Source: an uncultured Verrucomicrobiae bacterium (GTDB taxonomy: Bacteria; Chlamydiota; Chlamydiia; Chlamydiales; Rhabdochlamydiaceae). From it: 64,000 nucleotides of DNA. The notes under the pieces were generated by a model that was not told the origin of the DNA, did not search any database, and worked only from the letters and a program-made list of their open reading frames with translations. Shown here in pieces: positions 49,168-60,499 of the stretch. The translations under genes and the position numbers were made by a program. How positions within the stretch are numbered: the first letter of the stretch is position 1; each line of letters begins with the position of its first letter. Location: NCBI GenBank assembly GCA_963731265.1, contig CAVSUE010000002.1, forward strand, positions 224,001 through 288,000, written 5' to 3'.

Positions 49168-52100
49168 TTATACGAGAGGCTTGCGGTGTTCGCCCTCTCG
49201 CGTGCCTAGATTGCCGTAGCGGTGGTAGTCGATGCTGAAAATGATTTCGCGTAAAAACCGGTGCAATTCAAACCGGCCGTTGGATAGCACTGGAGCGCAG
49301 TCTAGAAAGGCAGCGGATTCGCTCGATGCAAGAATGAGTTCTTTTGAAGGTTCGCTGATCAGCCGTACGCGGCGAAATTCCCCCTTTTTAATTCTGTCGA
49401 CAAACTGTGTTTCGCTCTCTTCGGAAAAGTGAAATGAGGAAAAATGCTGCCGAAGGTGATCGTGGACTTTCATAACCGTATTGTCCTTGCTCCAGCTGAC
49501 ATGCAGCTGCGACCCACAGCTCAAGGCAGCGGCCAGGACCCTTAAAATGTCGAGAGGACTGTCTTTTTCCTGGATTCTGAAACAGACTTTTTTGTGGGGA
49601 CGATAACGGAGGATATTATCTTGGCCGATAATTTTGGAAGGGTCGTGGTCCTGGGCAAAATGCTTGGCCCAGTGGGCATAGCTGGCCGCGCTGGCGTACC
49701 AGATGCCCAATTCCTCTGTAGACATCGGGTATTTTTGAAGGATCGACGCTAATTTGTTGACCCCTTCGCTTAAAGCTTCCTTTTCTTGCGGCGGAGCGAT
49801 TTCTCGAGGATGAGCAAATTGCATGACATAATTGGGTCCCCCCGCTTTTGCTCCGTTGCCGAAGCTGCTCCCCTTTGTTCCCCCGAAAGGCTGGCGCCGG
49901 ACAATTGCGCCGGTAACGCCGCGATTGATGTAGCAATTTCCGGCTTCGATTTTTTCCATCCAGATTTTCTTTTCTCTTTCGTCCAAGCTTTGAAGTCCCG
50001 AAGTGAGTCCATAAGGCGTGCCATTAGCGATTTCGATCGCATGGCTCAAGCTTTTTGCGCGCATCACGGCTAGAATGGGGCCGAACAATTCAGTCGTATG
50101 CATGAAGCTTCCTTCTTTCACACCGATTTTGACTCCCGGACTCCATTGATTAGGATTTTTTGGGTCGCGTTTGGGTTCGACCAGCCACGATTCGCCATTT
50201 TCCAGTTTTAAAAAGCCGCGGAGAAGTGCGTCATGTGGCTCACGGATAAGAGGGGTGACTTTAGACGAACATTCCCAGCAAGCACCGACTTTGATGCTTT
50301 CTACCGCATCTTTGAGCTGTTGAAGGAAATGGGGATCATCATACACCTCCTCTTCGAGGACGAGCAAACTGCAGGCGCTGCACTTCTGACCGCTGTGGCC
50401 GAAGGCAGAAGCAACGGTGTCTTTGATTGCCAAATCGCGATCGGCGAGCGCCGTGACAATGATTGCATTTTTTCCTCCCGTTTCTGCGTAGAGGTCGAGG
50501 CCGGGCCTGATGCGCATGAATAATTTTGCCGTCGAAGTAGCTCCCGTTAAAATGATGCAATCGACCCGCTGATCGGCGATGAGTTTTGAACCGACTGGCT
50601 CGTCCGGGCAATTGATGAATTGGAGGACTTCTTTCGGGATTCCCGCTTCCCAAAGTACTTTGACGAGCTCCCAGCCCGTCAAAACTGCTTCGGGCGCGGG
50701 TTTGAATAGCACGCAATTGCCCGCTGCCAAGGCAGCTAGGATTCCTCCTGCGGGTATGGAGACGGGAAAATTCCAGGGAGGCGTGACTAAGACAGTGCCT
50801 TTCGGCGTCCATTCGATATCCTTGCAGGCGTGCATCTTTTTTATGCTGCGCAAATAGTATTCGGCAAAATCGATCGCTTCCGAAACTTCCGTATCGCCTT
50901 CGAGAATCGCTTTGCCTCCGTCGGCCATCATCACTCCGATCAAATCATCGCGCCTTTCCCGCATTTTTTGCGCGGCCTTCGAAAGAAGTTTGCAACGTTC
51001 TTCAACGCTCGTTCTGCTCCATTTCGCTTCCTGTTCTTTAGCGCACACGAGCGCTGCGTCGACCTGATCCCAGTCCGCCAAAGAATAGCGGTACAATACA
51101 TTGTGGGGGCTGGCGGGGTCCACGCCCGTTTCTTCCATGGGGGTTTGGATTTCTTTGCCGGCGATGACCAGCGGAATTTTATCTAATTTGACGGTTGACC
51201 ATTTTTGGATGATTTTTTGGGCCCAATCCCGATTTTGCTGGAGGGAGAAATCGGTGTCGGCCTCGTTTTCAAAAGGAGCTGAAAGAGGAAGATGCACAGG
51301 CGGCTTGTTTCTGTCTTGAACCCGTCGAGATGTGGTATAGACTGTATTCATCTCTCGACATGCATTGGCGAACAGAAGGACTTGTTCTTCCCATTCAGTA
51401 GTGCCGGGCTTTAGGCCGAATGTGACACGTAAAAAATTGTCGGGGCCGGTATTTTCATCCAGCCTCCGGATCAAATAAGCAATGGCGCTCTGAAAATCTT
51501 CTTTGGTAGCGACAGGGCAATAAAGCAGGATCTCCCTTGTCAATTTTTGGACGACGCGGCGGATATGATCGGCCATTCCCTCTAACATCTCGAAAGTGAT
51601 CTCATGCTCTACTTCATTTTCGATGCGGATGAGCATGGCATAAGCGATATCGAAAAGATTATGGCTGGCGACGCCGAGGTGTACAGCTCGGGCGTGAGCT
51701 TTCTCACAACCGTAAGTGACCATCTTTTTATAGTTGGCGTCGACATCGGATTTCATTCGGTACGGAGCTTGCGGCCAATCGCGGACGCTCGCCTCAAATT
51801 GCTCCATCGCCAGATTAGCCCCTTTGACAATACGGATTTTGATCGGGGCGCCGCCTTTTTTCACTCGCTCCATGGCCCATTCGGTCAGTTCTTTTTGGAT
51901 GTCATGGGAATCGGGCAGATAAGCTTGCAAAACGATACCGGCAGAATATCCGAGAAACTCGGGCTCGTCTAAAACGTTCATGAAGAGCTCTTTGGTCAAG
52001 CCTAGATCGCGGTATTCTTCCATGTCTAGATTGACGAACTTGGGGACTTTTGTTCCGTCAGCGCGTGTGAATGTGTGCTTCATTGCCGTGCGGTAAAGCT

Positions 52101-52788
52101 CGCGAAGTTTTTCGCTCAATTGCTCAAGGGTTTTTTCCCAGCCCAAAAGATGGATTTGGCTGTAAATTGTCGAGATTTTGACCGAAACATACTCGATCTC
52201 TTCCCCGCTCAAATCTTTCAGATAGACGTCCAGGCGCTTTTTTGCTTCGGCCTCCCCAAGGATCGCTTCTCCCAGATGGTTGATGTTCAGCCTCACGCCT
52301 TCCCTTCGCCTTTTTGCCATATGTTTTTTCAACGCTTCCTTCTCGCCGGGAAGAATGACGCGGGCTGTTGCTTTTCGCAAAGTAAAGGTTGTCAGGGGGA
52401 CTAGCACCCAGGAAAAGGGTCGTCCGAGAAGTTGGAATGCACCCAGGGAAAACCGTTTCGACCAACCCAGGTATTTCGGAATTCCCAATTGGTTGACAAG
52501 ATAAACAAGCTGATCTGCGACCCGCGCAGAGCGATGGCTGCGAAAACATTGGTCGGTCATGCTCGTGGTAAAGACCTTGCCAATCGGGTCGCGCATCATC
52601 CGAGAAAGTTCGTTTTGAATTCTCTTTTCGGACCAAGTCATCGTACGATTGGCCTCGTTCAGCATAAGAGCCGCAAGCTCAATCGCCAGTTTTTCACGCT
52701 GTTCAAGAGTTAAGGATTTTCCACGATGCGAGGAGAGGATTTGCATCGCTTCTTTAAGATAGCGAGAACCGGGCTCAGTGGTTGTCAT
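49168..52788 (-). CDS. putA: Bifunctional proline dehydrogenase / P5C dehydrogenase
   Basis: NLDMEEY, RIVKGAN, YLIRRLDEN; ALDH motifs PWNFP, AETGGKN, GQKCSA, ELFGP. Confidence 0.93.
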   Translation of the reverse strand: MTTTEPGSRYLKEAMQILSSHRGKSLTLEQREKLAIELAALMLNEANRTMTWSEKRIQNELSRMMRDPIGKVFTTSMTDQCFRSHRSARVADQLVYLVNQLGIPKYLGWSKRFSLGAFQLLGRPFSWVLVPLTTFTLRKATARVILPGEKEALKKHMAKRRREGVRLNINHLGEAILGEAEAKKRLDVYLKDLSGEEIEYVSVKISTIYSQIHLLGWEKTLEQLSEKLRELYRTAMKHTFTRADGTKVPKFVNLDMEEYRDLGLTKELFMNVLDEPEFLGYSAGIVLQAYLPDSHDIQKELTEWAMERVKKGGAPIKIRIVKGANLAMEQFEASVRDWPQAPYRMKSDVDANYKKMVTYGCEKAHARAVHLGVASHNLFDIAYAMLIRIENEVEHEITFEMLEGMADHIRRVVQKLTREILLYCPVATKEDFQSAIAYLIRRLDENTGPDNFLRVTFGLKPGTTEWEEQVLLFANACREMNTVYTTSRRVQDRNKPPVHLPLSAPFENEADTDFSLQQNRDWAQKIIQKWSTVKLDKIPLVIAGKEIQTPMEETGVDPASPHNVLYRYSLADWDQVDAALVCAKEQEAKWSRTSVEERCKLLSKAAQKMRERRDDLIGVMMADGGKAILEGDTEVSEAIDFAEYYLRSIKKMHACKDIEWTPKGTVLVTPPWNFPVSIPAGGILAALAAGNCVLFKPAPEAVLTGWELVKVLWEAGIPKEVLQFINCPDEPVGSKLIADQRVDCIILTGATSTAKLFMRIRPGLDLYAETGGKNAIIVTALADRDLAIKDTVASAFGHSGQKCSACSLLVLEEEVYDDPHFLQQLKDAVESIKVGACWECSSKVTPLIREPHDALLRGFLKLENGESWLVEPKRDPKNPNQWSPGVKIGVKEGSFMHTTELFGPILAVMRAKSLSHAIEIANGTPYGLTSGLQSLDEREKKIWMEKIEAGNCYINRGVTGAIVRRQPFGGTKGSSFGNGAKAGGPNYVMQFAHPREIAPPQEKEALSEGVNKLASILQKYPMSTEELGIWYASAASYAHWAKHFAQDHDPSKIIGQDNILRYRPHKKVCFRIQEKDSPLDILRVLAAALSCGSQLHVSWSKDNTVMKVHDHLRQHFSSFHFSEESETQFVDRIKKGEFRRVRLISEPSKELILASSESAAFLDCAPVLSNGRFELHRFLREIIFSIDYHRYGNLGTREGEHRKPLV

Positions 52789-52892
52789 GTAGGACTCCTT
52801 TAAATTCTATCACTAACACAGACCCACAAATAAATTCTTTAATTTTTGATTATTTAAGAATAGGTGATAATAGTAGGTCTTTAGGGGGTAGA

Positions 52893-54119
52893 ATGTTTCT
52901 TCGAGCTGCAATTTTTATCATCTGTATTCATTTCTATGCATATTCTGCCAGTGTGCAACTCGGCGTCGACGTTTTTTTTCAGGATGGGATGGTCGATGCA
53001 CTTAAAGGAAAACGGGTTGGCCTCATCACAAATCATACCGGCGTCGACAGCGCGATGCGTTCGACCATCGATCTTTTTTTAGAGAAGGCTCCTGGAGTTA
53101 AACTGGCCGCTCTCTTCGCCCCGGAACATGGCCTGAATGGGCAAGCTTATGCCTTTGAAGAAGTCGAAGAGGGCAAAGGGCCGGCAGGAATCCCCGTCTA
53201 CAGCTTGCATGGCCGGACGAGAAAGCCGACAGAGCACATGCTTGAGGGCCTCGATGTGCTTGTTTTCGACATCCAGGATATTGGATGCCGCTCTTATACC
53301 TACACGACGACGCTTTGCTACGTCATGGAGGAAGCTGCCAAACGGAATATCCCGGTGATGGTCCTTGACCGCCCCAATCCGATCAATGGGCTCATTGTCG
53401 ACGGCCCGATGCTGCAAAAAAAATGGCGGTCTTACATCGGTTATTTGAATGTCCCGTATTGCCATGGAATGACGATCGGAGAGCTCGCGCGTTTTTTTAA
53501 TGAAAAATACCAGATCGGTTGCAAGCTGAAAGTGATTGCGATGAAAGGGTGGAAACGGTCGATGACCTTTGCGGATACGGGACTCACCTGGATTCCGACA
53601 AGCCCCTACATCCCCGAATCGGACACCCCGCAATATTATGCTTCAACAGGGCTGCTCGGAGAATTGTCTCTTGTGAACATTGGGATCGGCTACACACTCC
53701 CGTTCAAGGTTGTCGGGGCGCCCTGGATCAAAGCCAAACAATTGTCCGACAAGCTCAACGAGCAAAAATTGCCGGGAGTGCATTTTCTCCCGTTTCACTA
53801 CCGCCCCTTCTACGGCGCCTATAAAGCAAAAGATTGCCAGGGGATCATGATCATCGTGACCGATGCCAAATCGTACCGCCCTGTGAGCACCCAATACATG
53901 ATCTTAGGCATTTTAAAAAATCTTTACCCCAAGCAAGTTCTAGCCAAATTGAATGAGCTCGCGGCGTCAAAAAAAGATTTGTTCTGCAAAGCAAATGGCA
54001 ACGATGAGATGTTCACTTTGCTCCGCGAAGAGAAATACGTCGCTTGGAAGCTCATCCTCTACGAAAAAGAAGAAAGAGAACAATTCCTTCAAGAGCGAAG
54101 GAAATATCTTCTGTATTAG
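52893..54119 (+). CDS. ybbC: DUF1343 / YbbC (NamZ-like exo-beta-N-acetylmuramidase)
   Basis: GLITNHTG, FAPEHG, FDIQDIGCRSYTY, LDRPNP, HGMTIGELA, WIPTSP. Confidence 0.9.
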   Translation: MFLRAAIFIICIHFYAYSASVQLGVDVFFQDGMVDALKGKRVGLITNHTGVDSAMRSTIDLFLEKAPGVKLAALFAPEHGLNGQAYAFEEVEEGKGPAGIPVYSLHGRTRKPTEHMLEGLDVLVFDIQDIGCRSYTYTTTLCYVMEEAAKRNIPVMVLDRPNPINGLIVDGPMLQKKWRSYIGYLNVPYCHGMTIGELARFFNEKYQIGCKLKVIAMKGWKRSMTFADTGLTWIPTSPYIPESDTPQYYASTGLLGELSLVNIGIGYTLPFKVVGAPWIKAKQLSDKLNEQKLPGVHFLPFHYRPFYGAYKAKDCQGIMIIVTDAKSYRPVSTQYMILGILKNLYPKQVLAKLNELAASKKDLFCKANGNDEMFTLLREEKYVAWKLILYEKEEREQFLQERRKYLLY

Positions 54120-54231
54120 GTTTTTTTAATTCAGAGAATCTTCACAATAGCCATGTCACCCGGCATGTCTATTGTCGATCTCTTTGAGGCTTAAGAAAAA
54201 AATAATCTTTATTGCTATTCCTTTTTTTGAA

Positions 54232-54258
54232 TTAGCACTTGATAAATTCTTTTGCTAA
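54232..54258 (+). promoter_or_regulatory. CIRCE-like HrcA operator
   Basis: TTAGCACTT-N9-TTTTGCTAA (TAGCA-N15-TGCTAA) upstream of groES. Confidence 0.75.
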
Positions 54259-54275
54259 AACGCGTCTTTCCCTCC

Positions 54276-54304
54276 TTGACTTAAAAAACAATTCTGCATA
54301 CGAT
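54276..54304 (+). promoter_or_regulatory. Sigma66/sigma70-type promoter of groESL
   Basis: TTGACT-17 nt-TACGAT. Confidence 0.7.
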
Positions 54305-54342
54305 TTCACTCATATAGAATCATTCCAAAGGAGTTTTTTGCC

Positions 54343-54645
54343 ATGTCTGCAACACAACAAATTAAGCCGCTCGGCAACCGTGTCTTAGTCAAACGTTCAG
54401 AAACGAAGATGACTAGAGGGGGGATTTTACTCCCTGAAACGGCTCAAGAAAAACCCCGTCAGGGTGAAGTCGTCGCCATTGGACCCGGTAAAATCGACGA
54501 CAAGGGAAATTTAAAAAAAGTCAACGTTAGCGTGGGAGATCTCGTTCTCTTTTCCTCCTATGCGGGAACAGAAGTGAAAACCGAAGATGAGCAGGCGGAT
54601 TTCCTCATCATGTCGGAAGAAGATATTCTTGGCGTCCTCGTTTAA
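54343..54645 (+). CDS. groES: Co-chaperonin GroES
   Basis: IKPLGNRVLV, GGILLPETAQEKP, SEEDILGV. Confidence 0.97.
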   Translation: MSATQQIKPLGNRVLVKRSETKMTRGGILLPETAQEKPRQGEVVAIGPGKIDDKGNLKKVNVSVGDLVLFSSYAGTEVKTEDEQADFLIMSEEDILGVLV

Positions 54646-54654
54646 AAAAAATAA

Positions 54655-56346
<1,692 letters not shown>

Positions 56347-56354
56347 GACGTTAC

Positions 56355-56430
56355 TCAAGAGGGCTGATCAAACACAAATGCCGACCAGCCCTTTTCTTCC
56401 TTTTCTTCCCTGAAAATCAGCCCAACTTTG
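56355..56430 (-). pseudogene. Remnant duplicate of the prmA-like 3' end (overlaps likely groEL terminator hairpin)
   Basis: Translates ...EEKEEKGWSAFVFDQPS* vs intact ...KEKEEEGWSAFVLEQ*; 56371-56405 is 31/35 identical to 58241-58275. Confidence 0.75.
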
Positions 56431-56449
56431 AACAAGTTTAAAGAGGTGC

Positions 56450-56534
56450 AACAGGATGGGCAGGTCGGGGAAGCCCCGAACCCCGTTTTTTATCCTGGGT
56501 TGTTCGGCTTCCGAACAACCCTGTTCATCCTGTT
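56450..56534. repeat. Branched palindromic element
   Basis: AACAGGATGGGCAGG / CCTGTTCATCCTGTT ends with inner hairpins TCGGGG-AAG-CCCCGA and GGGTTGTTCGG-CTT-CCGAACAACCC. Confidence 0.75.
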
Positions 56535-56608
56535 ATTTTTCTTTCTTGACTTTGCAGGTGCCTTGAGGTATCAGGGCCAAAAGTTAACTTTTATTTTCTT
56601 GGCTATAA

Positions 56609-58192
56609 ATGAAGCGTTTTGTTTTCCAATTTGTGATTGTCATTGCTTCAATTTTCTGTAATGTAGCTTTGGAATCTTCCCATACAATCTGTCTGAATAT
56701 GATCGTTAAGGACGAGGCACCCGTTATCGAGCGTTGCCTTGCTTCAGTGAAACATTTGATCGACTATTGGGTCATCGTCGATACTGGATCAACAGACTGT
56801 ACCCAGGAGATCATCAAAAAATTTCTCAGCGATATCCCCGGTGAGTTGCATGAGAGACCTTGGGTCCATTTTGCCTACAATCGCAATGAGGCCATGCAAC
56901 TGGCAAAAGACAAAGGGGATTATCTTTTATTCATCGATGCCGATGAAAGGCTGGTCTTCACCAGTGATTTAGAAAAAGAAAAGCTGGACATGGACTGTTA
57001 TCTCTGTTTTGTACGAGTGTACGATAGTGAATATAAAGGAACATATCTGCAGGGGCAACGCGTTTTATTAGCCAACAATCATTTGAATTGGGCATGGAAA
57101 GGTGTCATGCATGAAAATTTAGACTCATCCGAGGCTAAAAAACAACAGCTGCTTAAAAATGTGATTAATTTTGCCGATTCTAAAGAAGGGCATCGATCTC
57201 AGGATCCTTTAAAAGCATTGAAAGATGCCGAGGTATTAGAAAAAGCTCTTCAAGAAGATCCAAATAACTGTCGCAATCTCTTTTTCCTTGCCCAAAGTTA
57301 TGAATCCGCAAGATCCTATTCGCTGGCATTGCAAAACTACCAGAAGAGAGCTTCCATGGACGGGAGTGAACAAGAGGTGTTTTGGTCCCTGTTTCGCATC
57401 GGTCAAATCCAAGAGGAGATGCAGATCGACCCAGAAACCGTTATCGAAAGTTATTGCAGGGCCTTTAAAAATCGCCCTTCCAGGTTGGAACCGCTGTATT
57501 ATATGGCCCTCCAATACATGAAAATGGGAAATGCCGTTGCATCCTATGTTCTTTTAAAGTCGGGACTTTCTTTCAAGCCTTGTGAAGATAAAGTTGTCCA
57601 TGAAACTTGGATTTACGATTACGGCCTGTTTCTTGAATTCGCAAAATCTGCAGATGCTGTTGGTAGTTACGACGAATCGTGCGAGACTTGGAAAAAACTG
57701 CGTATGCGATCCGATATGCCTTTCGAGGTTCAACAGCAAGGCAAAACGCAATTTTCCGTTGCAGCAAAATCCAAAGCTCAATCTCAATTTGCACCTCTTG
57801 CTAACACTGCATCAGCAAAGCTAATAGAAAAGCATTGTGCAGATTTTAAAGCCTGTCCAACGCACGCTTCTCCCCTTTATCATCTTGCAGAGTATTATGC
57901 AAAAAATCAAAATCTGGTTTTGGCCTACGCACATGCAAAGGCGGGCGCTTTGATTTCCGTTCCTAAAACAGTCTTGCCAAAAGAGCAGTGGATCTACGAA
58001 TATGGCCTATTAAACCAATGGGGAAATTTCGCTTTTGCGCTTCAAAAATTCTCCGAATCAATTGAAGCGTTTGAGCGTCTGCTGTTAAAACAAAATGTCC
58101 CCAGAGAAATCCGTATGAATGCCATAAGAAAAATCCAGCAAGGCAAAAAGTTAATAGCCGATCTGAACAGGTTTGAACTTCCCAGCTTTTAA
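56609..58192 (+). CDS. GT2 glycosyltransferase + TPR repeats, signal-like N-terminus
   Basis: ICLNMIVKDEA, IVDTGSTD, FAYNRN, FIDADE, WKGVMHE; FFLAQSY and PSRLEPLY TPR segments. Confidence 0.87.
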   Translation: MKRFVFQFVIVIASIFCNVALESSHTICLNMIVKDEAPVIERCLASVKHLIDYWVIVDTGSTDCTQEIIKKFLSDIPGELHERPWVHFAYNRNEAMQLAKDKGDYLLFIDADERLVFTSDLEKEKLDMDCYLCFVRVYDSEYKGTYLQGQRVLLANNHLNWAWKGVMHENLDSSEAKKQQLLKNVINFADSKEGHRSQDPLKALKDAEVLEKALQEDPNNCRNLFFLAQSYESARSYSLALQNYQKRASMDGSEQEVFWSLFRIGQIQEEMQIDPETVIESYCRAFKNRPSRLEPLYYMALQYMKMGNAVASYVLLKSGLSFKPCEDKVVHETWIYDYGLFLEFAKSADAVGSYDESCETWKKLRMRSDMPFEVQQQGKTQFSVAAKSKAQSQFAPLANTASAKLIEKHCADFKACPTHASPLYHLAEYYAKNQNLVLAYAHAKAGALISVPKTVLPKEQWIYEYGLLNQWGNFAFALQKFSESIEAFERLLLKQNVPREIRMNAIRKIQQGKKLIADLNRFELPSF

Positions 58193-58230
58193 ATTTTAAG
58201 CGAACCAGCTCAAAAAGACATCCTCTAAGT

Positions 58231-58818
58231 TTACTGTTCCAAAACAAATGCCGACCAACCCTCTTCTTCTTTTTCCTTTTTCAAGCTCCAACCCCAATTC
58301 TTCACCATGTTAAGATAACGCTCTTTTTGGGACGTTAAAATGCCCGCGGAGATGACTTGGCATTTAAGATCGTGGAGCTGGGGGAGAGATTCCCAGGCTG
58401 TTTCCTGTTCAGACTCGATCATGTTCATCAAGATGATGCAGGGTTCTTTTTTTATCCAATGGGAGTCGAATTTTATAGAAAAGCGGGTTTTGTCCTGAAC
58501 TTTGTTCAGAGCGGCATTTTCTTTAGAATGACGAAGGGCTTCTTCGTCGATGTCGATGCCGTAAGCTTTTTGGGCACCTAGCAATACAGCGGCAATTGAA
58601 AGGATCCCGCTACCGCAGCCAATGTCGATGACGACGTTATCTTTAATCCTATCAGCCATCAAGCTGATGACCAGTCGGGTAGTGGGGTGGGAGAAATCGC
58701 CGAACCCGCCGCCCGGTTTAAGGCATAGAACAGGGCCTCCCAGATCGATATGGGCCAACCCGTCATAGAATTCAGGAGAAAAATTTCTCCACTGCTCTTC
58801 CCAATCAATTTCAGTCAT
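58231..58818 (-). CDS. prmA: Ribosomal protein L11 methyltransferase-like (short PrmA)
   Basis: DWEEQW, PGGGFGDFSHPTTRL, IDIGCGSGILSIAA, EGWSA. Confidence 0.8.
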   Translation of the reverse strand: MTEIDWEEQWRNFSPEFYDGLAHIDLGGPVLCLKPGGGFGDFSHPTTRLVISLMADRIKDNVVIDIGCGSGILSIAAVLLGAQKAYGIDIDEEALRHSKENAALNKVQDKTRFSIKFDSHWIKKEPCIILMNMIESEQETAWESLPQLHDLKCQVISAGILTSQKERYLNMVKNWGWSLKKEKEEEGWSAFVLEQ

Positions 58819-60455
58819 TATTTGCCTTTCCAGAATGCGGGAACGAGAAGGACGAGCAGAATGAAAAATTCAAGGCGTCCTAAAGCCATCCAAATGATGG
58901 AAACCATCTTTGAAAAATTGGAAAGAAAGGCGCAACTTTCCGTGGGCCCGGCGGCAAAAAAAGAAAGGCCGTTGTTATTGACCATGGATGCAATCAGTCC
59001 TAATGCGGTTGGCATATCCACCCCGTCGATCACCATAAGAAAAGTTCCAAGGACCGTACTTGTGATCAAAATCGCAAAAAAAACTAAGACGGTAATGGCT
59101 ATTTTGTCGGAAATCTCCCGCTTGCCGATTTTAAGGCAGCGCACGGCATCGGGGCGGAAAATGGATTCGATCTTATGTTTGATGACCCGAAATAAAATGA
59201 GATGGCGGATCATTTTTATACCGCCCGCTGTCGATCCGGACATGCCTCCGAAGAACATCAACATTAAAAGCAGGACAAGTGTGGGTGTCGGCCATAACTC
59301 GTAGTCGCCAACGGCAAATCCTGTCGAAGTCTGAGCGGAAACGGCCTGGAAAGCTCCATACCGAATGGCTTCTGCGAAAGAAAAGATCCCGTTTTGTGAA
59401 GTGAGGAGGATCTTGGGGGTATGAAAAAGAAAAATAACCATCAGGACCGCGCCGAAGAACAGTGTCAGAAGGAAGGCAAAAAACTCGGGCTCATAAATGC
59501 GATAAATTTTTCCGCGGATGCAATGGAAATAGAAAGTAAAATTGATGCTTCCCAGAATCATAAAGATCAAGACGATCGTTTCTGTGCTCAGGGAATGATA
59601 GGCTGCAAGCCCCTCGTTTCGAATTGTAAAGCCGCCGGTGGAAATTGTAGAAAAGGAAAGGTTCAAAGCATCGAAAAAACCCATCGAAGAATTTGTGACC
59701 ATCAGGAGAAAAATCTGCAGCACTGTCAGGCCTAAATAAATCCTCCATAATAGACTCGCTGTTTCTTTGATCCGGGGCGTCATCGCCTCTTTCGTGGGTC
59801 CGGGCACTTCCGCCTCGAATAAAAAGCGTCCGCCCATCGAAAGGGCAGGCAAAATTGTAATGAATAAAACGACGATCCCCATGCCTCCAATCCATTGCAG
59901 GAAACTCCGCCAAAATAACAAAGCTCTTCCCACTGCCTCCACTCCAGTCTTCACAATTTTTCCACTTGGGTCGCGCAAAGGGGCGATTGTTCCATAGAAA
60001 CGATACACAGTTTCACGCTTGCTTAGATTTTGCAGCTGGATCGGGATTTCTTGACCTGTTTCCGGGTCGAAAGATTTAGCGTGCATGATTGTGGACCCCG
60101 TCGTCGTTAAACCTGACATCGCTTCAAAATAAGCGTCGACAGGGTTCTCGAGAGTCTTAGAAAAAATAAAAGGAAGCGATGAAACTGCGGGTGTTAACAC
60201 CCAGATAAGAGCGACGATCAAAATACTTTCCCGGCGATGAAAATGCCCCGTCGCGTGTTTGCCGAAATACAGGCAGATAGAAGCGAGACTGAGGCTGACT
60301 CCTATTGTCGCAGCAAAACCGATCGTAACATGCGGCGTAAGGGCCGGCTTCCAAAAAAATTCATCAAATATAGCCAGGCCAAAAGGAATAATAAGAATCA
60401 GCAAGAAATAGGTGAAGTAGCGTCCTAAAAATCTGCTGATTTCGCGAAAAAGCAT
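58818..60455 (-). CDS. trkH: Trk potassium uptake membrane protein
   Basis: FEAMSGLTTTG, WIGGMGI, STISTGGF, TSTGF, GSTAGGIK, GRLE. Confidence 0.93.
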   Translation of the reverse strand: MLFREISRFLGRYFTYFLLILIIPFGLAIFDEFFWKPALTPHVTIGFAATIGVSLSLASICLYFGKHATGHFHRRESILIVALIWVLTPAVSSLPFIFSKTLENPVDAYFEAMSGLTTTGSTIMHAKSFDPETGQEIPIQLQNLSKRETVYRFYGTIAPLRDPSGKIVKTGVEAVGRALLFWRSFLQWIGGMGIVVLFITILPALSMGGRFLFEAEVPGPTKEAMTPRIKETASLLWRIYLGLTVLQIFLLMVTNSSMGFFDALNLSFSTISTGGFTIRNEGLAAYHSLSTETIVLIFMILGSINFTFYFHCIRGKIYRIYEPEFFAFLLTLFFGAVLMVIFLFHTPKILLTSQNGIFSFAEAIRYGAFQAVSAQTSTGFAVGDYELWPTPTLVLLLMLMFFGGMSGSTAGGIKMIRHLILFRVIKHKIESIFRPDAVRCLKIGKREISDKIAITVLVFFAILITSTVLGTFLMVIDGVDMPTALGLIASMVNNNGLSFFAAGPTESCAFLSNFSKMVSIIWMALGRLEFFILLVLLVPAFWKGK

Positions 60456-60457
60456 AT

Positions 60458-60499
60458 GAACCTATCCCCGTAAAAAATCTCACTCGATTTTCGGGGTTC
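60458..60499. repeat. Internally deleted 42-bp GAACCTATCCC-family element between trkA and trkH
   Basis: GAACCTATCCCCG...CGGGGTTC, same asymmetric ends as 23983-24176. Confidence 0.75.

Noticed and set aside
59940..60085. Extra hydrophilic loop in TrkH
   Set aside because: No inverted repeats in the DNA, so not a palindromic insertion like that in tyrP
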